From IMG/VR virus record IMGVR_UViG_3300034375_007546: a stretch of DNA of 64,000 nucleotides; one strand, given 5' to 3'. Made by a program: the position numbers and the translations under genes. The notes under the pieces are model-generated. The model had not been told where the DNA came from. It made no database searches and worked only from the letters and a program-made list of their open reading frames with translations. This document shows positions 58,600 through 64,000 of this stretch, piece after piece; the first letter of the stretch is position 1, and the number at the start of each line of letters is the position of its first letter. Origin of the DNA: an uncultured virus (IMG/VR IMGVR_UViG_3300034375_007546) (lineage: Duplodnaviria > Heunggongvirae > Uroviricota > Caudoviricetes).

Positions 58600-58646
58600 A
58601 CTGTAGTCACGATGAGAGAAGGCGCCCAGTCTTTTGACTGGGTGTC
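58574..58646 (+). promoter_or_regulatory. Repeated sigma70 promoter, copy 1, plus downstream stem-loop
   Basis: TTGACA-N17-TAGACT; 30 bp identical to 62630-62659; hairpin GGCGCCCAGTC-TTTT-GACTGGGTGTC. Confidence 0.85.
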
Positions 58647-58685
58647 AACCCCCGGATTCCTTAATTTGATCACGAAAGGACATTG

Positions 58686-61187
58686 ATGCTGGTTGTAAAC
58701 CATATTTATGGATATTCAACGGATTCAGACCGAGAAAAGGGCTGGGCTAAGATCGGACAGACTACCAACCAAACTGTTGACGATCGCATTAGACAGCAAG
58801 ATACGAGTTCAAACTCCGAGCCTCTGAAAAAGTTGTGTGAGATTCGCAACGTTAGATTCACCGATCATCAAATTCGTAATGAAATAGAACGTTTGGGTCT
58901 TGGCTATCCTGTTCGTAAAGAGTGGATGTTTATTAAAGCTGGGGTCGACAAGGTTGCCGAGACTATTCAAAAAGCCATTAATTCTCTGGCACTAGGTATC
59001 GTTCGCTCTAATTCCTTTGGATTGCGTCCGTGGCAGCAAGAGTGTCACGATAAGGCTGTGGGTGCTCTTAATAGTAGTCATGACAAGTTTCTTATTGGCG
59101 CTGTCATGCGTTTCGGAAAGACGTTTACGTGCCTTAAAATTGCTGAATCTTTGGGTATCAAGTCTGCCCTAGTCATTACTGGCAAGCCTGAAGTCCGCGA
59201 TTCTTGGAAGAATGAGCTTCAGAGCCATGTTGATTTTGTTGGTTGGGATTTTGTTGACTTGCGTGATGGCAATCTCTCAGTCAGCAATATTGATTTCAAT
59301 AAGAAGAACTTGTTCTTTGTATCATTCCAGTACCTTTTGACAAAGGCTGAGGGTGTTGATAAGACTTGGATCTATGACTTGCCAATTGATTTGATTCTGA
59401 CTGATGAGGAACATTATGGGTCAAAGACGGAAAAGTCGGCAAACATTCTGAATAATTTCGGATCTGTCCGGACAATTGCTATGTCAGGTACGCCGATTGA
59501 AAGTCGTAGGTCGGGGCGTTATGAGGATGATAATTCATTTTACTGGTCGTACCTAGACGCAGTACAAAGCAATTCAACTTTTCCAAATTTGCGAATCCAT
59601 GCTATGGATGTAGCAAAGTCAGTTGTTCGTGAAGCAAAGACTGCCGGGTTTGTTGGTGATGAAGCCTTTAATATTGCAAAGGTATTCGCAACCGAAAATG
59701 GCAAGTTTCTGTACGAGAGCGATGTTCGCTCATTGTTTGAAAAGGTATTTGATCTGCGTGCTATGTCGCGCGATCGCCGTAGAGACTCACCGGAGCGAAT
59801 TACGGGACTACAGAGTGACAATTTCAGTCATATTCTAATGCGTGTTCCCTATTCTGTAGATGCCGCTAGTGCCACTGTTGATTTGCTAAGAGAGCTTTTG
59901 CCCGATAGAGAGATTGTTCTAGCTGCTGGAAGCGCTAACGGCGCCGTCACAAATATTAACGAAGTTAAGCGACGTATCGCACAAAATAACAAGACGATAA
60001 CCGTTACGTGCGGTCGGTTTGAGACAGGCGTTACGGTTCCAGAATGGGGCGCTGTTTATCTTTTTGATGGAGGTCGAAGCCCCGAATCATTTTGGCAGTT
60101 TATTTTTAGGGCATCAACTCCACTTAAAACGGATTCCTGGGAAAAGAAGGATTTTTACGTTTTTGATTTTGATCCTCATCGCTCTCTTGAGATGATGTAT
60201 ACAGCAGCATCGGTTTCTCGTAAGCCGGGGCAAGAAATGGAGAAGGTTGTCACAGAATGGCTTGACGTTGCACCTATTTTGCAGCATGATGGTAGTCAGT
60301 TTACAGAGATTGATGCCAAGAGTGTGTTGGGGGCATACGACAATATGACTGCCGGCAAAATGCTGGAGAGGTTTGCCTCTGAGTATGGTATTTGGAATGT
60401 TTATGATCAGTCGGCTATGGATATTCTGTCCGACATTAAGGCAAGTAGTAAGCGCAAGATTGTGCAAGCAATCGCGGACAATCCTGATCTTGAAAAGGGC
60501 AAGGTAAAGAAGATTGTTGAAAAGGTGAAGAGTCTCTCAGTGAGTGAGAAGGCTGAAATTAAAAACCTCAAGGAAAAGGTCAAGAGCGTACTCCGCAGGA
60601 TCCCAATGGCTCTGCCGAAATTGGGGGCTGTTGATTTGAATAGCCTTCTGAGCACTCAAGATAAGGATTACTTTAAGGCGACCGTTGGAATCTCGGTAGA
60701 GAACTTTAAGGAACTGATTGAGAATAGAGTTATCAATAGCGACTGGTTAAACGATTGTATTATCAGCACTGTTAACTATCTTGCGCGGGTTGAAAATAAC
60801 CCGGATGCTTTGTGGAAGATCCTTGAACTCTATGCTAGTATGGGTAGCGAAGTGTCTCCTGGCACTCCTAAAAACATCGCAAACGAAATGCTTGATTCGT
60901 TGGATGAAAGCCTTTGGAAGGATCCAACTAAGACATTCTGTAACCCTAATGTTTCTGATGGAACTTTTTATTTTCTTATGATCGAAAAGCTGATGAATGG
61001 ATTGACAGAGGCAATCCCAAATGAGGCAGAAAGAATGCGCCATATTCTTACAAATCAGATATATGGCTACGATCATAAGGTCGGCCCTCTGGGCTTTGTT
61101 AAGTCGATCGCTGAAAGATACCTTAACACTAAGGCATTGGGTATCGAACTTAACTTGGAGATGAGAAACATTTTGGAGGAAAATTAA
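58686..61187 (+). CDS. Restriction-type protein: T5orf172/GIY-YIG-like nuclease + SF2 helicase + degenerate MTase N-half
   Basis: KIGQT..RI, DH.IR, KEW; MRFGKT, DEEH, MSGTP, TGVTVPEW, QFIFRA.TP; C-terminal TPKNIANEMLD..WKDPTKTFCNP. Confidence 0.82.
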   Translation: MLVVNHIYGYSTDSDREKGWAKIGQTTNQTVDDRIRQQDTSSNSEPLKKLCEIRNVRFTDHQIRNEIERLGLGYPVRKEWMFIKAGVDKVAETIQKAINSLALGIVRSNSFGLRPWQQECHDKAVGALNSSHDKFLIGAVMRFGKTFTCLKIAESLGIKSALVITGKPEVRDSWKNELQSHVDFVGWDFVDLRDGNLSVSNIDFNKKNLFFVSFQYLLTKAEGVDKTWIYDLPIDLILTDEEHYGSKTEKSANILNNFGSVRTIAMSGTPIESRRSGRYEDDNSFYWSYLDAVQSNSTFPNLRIHAMDVAKSVVREAKTAGFVGDEAFNIAKVFATENGKFLYESDVRSLFEKVFDLRAMSRDRRRDSPERITGLQSDNFSHILMRVPYSVDAASATVDLLRELLPDREIVLAAGSANGAVTNINEVKRRIAQNNKTITVTCGRFETGVTVPEWGAVYLFDGGRSPESFWQFIFRASTPLKTDSWEKKDFYVFDFDPHRSLEMMYTAASVSRKPGQEMEKVVTEWLDVAPILQHDGSQFTEIDAKSVLGAYDNMTAGKMLERFASEYGIWNVYDQSAMDILSDIKASSKRKIVQAIADNPDLEKGKVKKIVEKVKSLSVSEKAEIKNLKEKVKSVLRRIPMALPKLGAVDLNSLLSTQDKDYFKATVGISVENFKELIENRVINSDWLNDCIISTVNYLARVENNPDALWKILELYASMGSEVSPGTPKNIANEMLDSLDESLWKDPTKTFCNPNVSDGTFYFLMIEKLMNGLTEAIPNEAERMRHILTNQIYGYDHKVGPLGFVKSIAERYLNTKALGIELNLEMRNILEEN

Positions 61188-62141
61188 ATGAAGTTTGATG
61201 TAGTAATTGGGAACCCGCCTTACCAAAAGAGTGACGGAGGTCATGGTGCCTCAGCAAAGGCGATTTATAATGACTTTGTGGAAAAGGCGAAGGAATGGGA
61301 TCCTGAATACCTTTCCTTTGTGATTCCGGCGCGCTGGACAGTCGGCGGAAAGGGAATGGCAAGCTTCCGCAAGAGCATGCTGAATGATACGAGTATTGAG
61401 CTTCTTAAGATTTTTCCTAATTCTAAGGATTGCTTCCCCGATAATGATATCAAGGGTGGTATCTGTTACTTTGTTAGAAATACCAACCACAATGGAAACT
61501 GCAAAGTTGTTATAAAGAATGGATCCAGCGAAACCTCAGATATTAGAACTCTCAACGAGGTCGGTGACGATTTGTTTATTGTCAATAAGACATCAGCTGA
61601 TATCGTCGCAAAAGTCCAAAATGTTGAATCGGAGTTTATGGATACGATTGTTAGCGCTTCTAAGCCTTTTGGGTTGCGTACCTTCTACAAGGGTAAAGAT
61701 GCAGGAGAAGTATTACTCTACCAAAACAAGGGACAAGCTTATTGTGAAAGTAGTGATCTACTTAAGAATCGTGATTGGGTGGATGATTATAAGGTTTTAA
61801 TTCCATATGCAGCCGATGGTCGTGGTGGCATGGGCTTGCAAGTTCTGGGTCATCCAATTGTTGCGAAGCCTGGAAGTGCTTGTACCGAGACCTATCTAAT
61901 TGTTAATCGTTACGACAATCTTGTAGAGGCTGAAAATATGGCATCGTTTCTAAAAACAAAGTTTGCGCGCTTTATGGTATCGACCCTAAAGAAGACGCAA
62001 CACGGTACGCGACGAGTCTTTAGGTTCGTTCCTCATCTCGATATGAACAAAAAATGGGTTGACAGCGAGCTTTATGAGAGGTACGATCTGAGTCAGAATG
62101 AGATCGACTTCATCGAGAAGAAGATCAAAGCGATGGCATGA
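61188..62141 (+). CDS. Eco57I-like adenine methyltransferase catalytic half + target recognition domain
   Basis: MKFDVVIGNPPY, FVIPARW, IKGGICYF, CTETY, LYERYDLSQNEIDFIE. Confidence 0.88.
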   Translation: MKFDVVIGNPPYQKSDGGHGASAKAIYNDFVEKAKEWDPEYLSFVIPARWTVGGKGMASFRKSMLNDTSIELLKIFPNSKDCFPDNDIKGGICYFVRNTNHNGNCKVVIKNGSSETSDIRTLNEVGDDLFIVNKTSADIVAKVQNVESEFMDTIVSASKPFGLRTFYKGKDAGEVLLYQNKGQAYCESSDLLKNRDWVDDYKVLIPYAADGRGGMGLQVLGHPIVAKPGSACTETYLIVNRYDNLVEAENMASFLKTKFARFMVSTLKKTQHGTRRVFRFVPHLDMNKKWVDSELYERYDLSQNEIDFIEKKIKAMA

Positions 62142-62629
62142 CAGAGAAACTTGTTAAAACAAAAAAGCGTGTTGCAGATGTTGGAGAGGTGTTCACACCT
62201 AGATGGCTTGTTGAAGAGGTTTTAGAGGCTCTTCCTAAAAGTGTATTTGAAGACTCTGAGAAAACCTTTATTGACCCCGCCTGTGGTGATGGAAATTTCT
62301 TGGCTGTAGTACTTGAACAAAAGATGGAACATGGCGTTGATGCATTACAGGCTATCTCTACCATATACGGTGTTGATATCATGCCTGATAATGTTTTAGA
62401 GTGCAGGCAGCGTCTGTTTAAGACGGTTGTTTCTAGAGTGAATAACAAAGTAGTGCCTTCTAATTTTTACAGTCAAATGGTGGAAATACTAAAGAGGAAC
62501 ATCCAACTCGGGGATACACTTCAATTTGATATAGAGGATATTCTGTCCGAGAATCCATCATCAGAGCTTCAAAGTTTCAGGCTAGAAAGAATGAGTGAAA
62601 GTAAAAAAGCAGTTGACAAGACAGACTGA
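62138..62629 (+). CDS. Methyltransferase SAM-binding half (motifs X and I)
   Basis: GEVFTP, FIDPACGDGNFL, IYGVDI, NIQLGDTL; no NPPY motif. Confidence 0.85.
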   Translation: MTEKLVKTKKRVADVGEVFTPRWLVEEVLEALPKSVFEDSEKTFIDPACGDGNFLAVVLEQKMEHGVDALQAISTIYGVDIMPDNVLECRQRLFKTVVSRVNNKVVPSNFYSQMVEILKRNIQLGDTLQFDIEDILSENPSSELQSFRLERMSESKKAVDKTD

Positions 62630-62659
62630 GCGTGGTAGACTGTAGTCACGATGAGAGAA
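62612..62659 (+). promoter_or_regulatory. Repeated sigma70 promoter, copy 2
   Basis: GTTGACAAGACAGACTGAGCGTGGTAGACTGTAGTCACGATGAGAGAA. Confidence 0.85.
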
Positions 62660-62694
62660 TGGACCTCTAGCTCAACAGGTAGAGCATCGGACTT

Positions 62695-63383
62695 TAAATA
62701 GGAGTGCTTTAGTAGAAATATTAAAAGTAGAATTTGGCTATATGCTGGAACACCCTTAGAGCCTTTAATACCAATTACCTTTGGTGACAATTTGAAGGAT
62801 TGGGCAATCAGCAGGAAACTAACAGGTCACTAATCCGACGCTTGACTATTTATCTGTAGGAGGTAAACTACAGTGTTACATAGTAAAGCAAAAGGGACGA
62901 TTGGTGAGGTGAAAGTGGCAGCCGATTTACTTTCAAGAGGATTTCACGTTTTTACAGAAATTGGTGATCTATCGAAGATTGACTTGATAGCCGAGCGGGA
63001 TAGAAAACTATACAGATTTCAAGTAAAAGCCTACCATTCTAAGGATGGTGTTGTTGTTCTCTCAAGTAAAAAGAGTGGCCCAAACTACTCTTTTCACTAC
63101 GAAAGTGATCAAGTTGACATTTTTGCCGTGTATGTCTTAGACAAAGATATAATTTTCTATGTCTCCTCTAAAGAGGTTTGTGAATATTCAAGCAGTATGA
63201 ATATTCGCCTTGAGCCTCCAAAGAATGGACAAAAGAAAAATATAAACTTAGTAGAAAACTGCACACTAGAAAGGATCCTCAGAGACTACACGCCAAACGC
63301 CCAAACAGATAATGCTGTGGGTGATGATATAGTCCAGACCAGCAAACCTTTTTGGGCGGCTTAGGAAACTAAGTGCTGGTAAG
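62695..63383 (+). mobile_element. Group I intron in the tRNA anticodon
   Basis: P TGCTGGAA at 62743, Q AATCAGCAGG at 62806, R TCAGAGACTACA at 63279, S GATATAGTCC at 63326, P3 TTTGGC/GCCAAA; the 5' exon ends in U and the intron ends in G. Confidence 0.92.
62873..63364 (+). CDS. Intron-encoded PD-(D/E)XK homing endonuclease (I-Ssp6803I-like)
   Basis: KGTIGE, IDLIAE, RFQVK, Y...QVDIFAVY; AGGAGG RBS and GTG start. Confidence 0.85.
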   Translation: MLHSKAKGTIGEVKVAADLLSRGFHVFTEIGDLSKIDLIAERDRKLYRFQVKAYHSKDGVVVLSSKKSGPNYSFHYESDQVDIFAVYVLDKDIIFYVSSKEVCEYSSSMNIRLEPPKNGQKKNINLVENCTLERILRDYTPNAQTDNAVGDDIVQTSKPFWAA

Positions 63384-63445
63384 TTAATCCGCAGGTTCTG
63401 GGTTCGAGTCCCAGGGGGTCCACCAATTTTCACCAAGAGGTAAAA

Positions 63446-63673
63446 ATGAACAACACAGATTATAGAATTAAATTGGCTAGGATTTGGAATAGCTCCTCCG
63501 ATCGGGGCGAAGCATTGCGCCGTGCCAGAGAAGAGATTGATCCGAGCCTTACTCTTTCTAAGATGATGAGTAAGATCAGGTATATGCAAAGTAAGGGAGT
63601 TCCGTTGTGCGATTTGACTCCGTCACGACATGTGGACTGGGCCCGCGTTAACGATGCTATAGATTGCTGTTAA
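63446..63673 (+). CDS. Hypothetical small protein (possible HTH)
   Basis: GAGGT RBS; IRYMQSKGVPL. Confidence 0.65.
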   Translation: MNNTDYRIKLARIWNSSSDRGEALRRAREEIDPSLTLSKMMSKIRYMQSKGVPLCDLTPSRHVDWARVNDAIDCC

Positions 63674-63708
63674 TCAGACTCAAAATAAAGGCGAAAGTTA
63701 AGAAAAGG

Positions 63709-63750
63709 GTTGACAAGACAGACAGGGCGTGGTAGACTGTAGTCACGATG
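63709..63750 (+). promoter_or_regulatory. Repeated sigma70 promoter, copy 3
   Basis: 40 of 42 bases identical to 62612-62653. Confidence 0.85.
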
Positions 63751-63755
63751 GGGGA

Positions 63756-63831
63756 TGAGGTGTAGTTCAATTGGCAGAGCCCCGGATTTTGATTCCGGCA
63801 GTTGTAGGTTCGAGTCCTACCACCTCAACCA
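63756..63831 (+). tRNA. trnQ: tRNA-Gln(UUG)
   Basis: TGAGGTG/CACCTCA acceptor stem, CCGGA-TTTTGAT-TCCGG anticodon arm, encoded CCA. Confidence 0.95.
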
Positions 63832-63861
63832 GTTACATTACCAGAACAAGGAGAACGAAGA

Positions 63862-64000
63862 ATGAAGATCGTAACTATCTGGGAAACTTCGGAAGGCTTC
63901 TTTACTCGCAAAGAAGATTGTATTTGTCATCGTTTCTTCGATGAATATTATCGAAGGGAGGAAAAAGAAACCCCCGCAGAACATTACGCCATCTATGATG
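63862..64000 (+). CDS. Partial hypothetical protein starting from the 16-bp junction motif
   Basis: Open to the window end; preceded by AAGGAGAACGAAGA. Confidence 0.6.
   Translation, partial: MKIVTIWETSEGFFTRKEDCICHRFFDEYYRREEKETPAEHYAIYD

Larger units (their letters stand above)
62661..63425 (+). tRNA. trnK: tRNA-Lys(UUU), intron-split (exons 62661-62694 and 63384-63425)
   Basis: Joined exons fold into a 76-nt cloverleaf: GGACCTC/GGGGTCC acceptor stem, loop CTTTTAA, TTCGAGT T-loop, encoded CCA. Confidence 0.9.

Noticed and set aside
62661..63425. Ochre (UUA) suppressor or 8-nt-loop frameshift tRNA
   Set aside because: Reading the 5' exon into the intron start mimics other loops. The terminal G at 63383 and a 7-nt loop require the splice after 62694, giving UUU.
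590..63589. Minus-strand ORFs in the track (for example 19969-20571, 10026-10547, 42632-43018)
   Set aside because: They are antisense shadows of well-supported + strand genes, with no RBS or recognisable motifs.
1..64000. Stop-codon reassignment
   Set aside because: Conserved genes are full length in code 11, and TAA, TAG and TGA all end genes at the expected positions. No suppressor tRNA is in the window.

Overview
This is a 64-kb segment of a large myovirus genome with a T4-like virion, encoded entirely on the + strand in standard genetic code 11. Bases 1-18.6 kb are the virion module: scaffold, gp23-like major capsid, neck, tail sheath, tube, chaperone with a probable frameshift extension, tape measure and baseplate. 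Bases 18.6-47 kb cover replication and metabolism: a minimal family-A polymerase, a tubulin/FtsZ-like protein, gp32-like SSB, RecA, 5'-3' exonuclease, DnaB, class II RNR, GroES/GroEL, DnaE, PurA, dUTPase, two ClpP, ThyX and IMPDH/GMPR. Bases 47-64 kb are accessory: late-promoter cargo-like genes, a split restriction-modification cassette and tRNAs. Two promoter classes can be read from the sequence: sigma70-like TTGACA-N16/17-TAnnnT, and a phage late motif (A/T)CTA(T/A)TTA. Most notable findings: (1) tRNA-Lys(UUU) is split in its anticodon by a group I intron carrying a PD-(D/E)XK homing endonuclease with its own late promoter and RBS-occluding hairpin. (2) The RM cassette and the tRNA unit are bracketed by near-identical promoter repeats. 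(3) A small-gene array is joined by an identical 16-bp RBS/stop/start junction. (4) Two covarying RNA hairpins flank an Hc1-like gene. (5) A high-GC foreign segment has replaced the middle of a MazG-like gene. (6) A shared N-terminal leader occurs on unrelated late proteins. All functional calls come from motif recognition by eye; no database searches were run.
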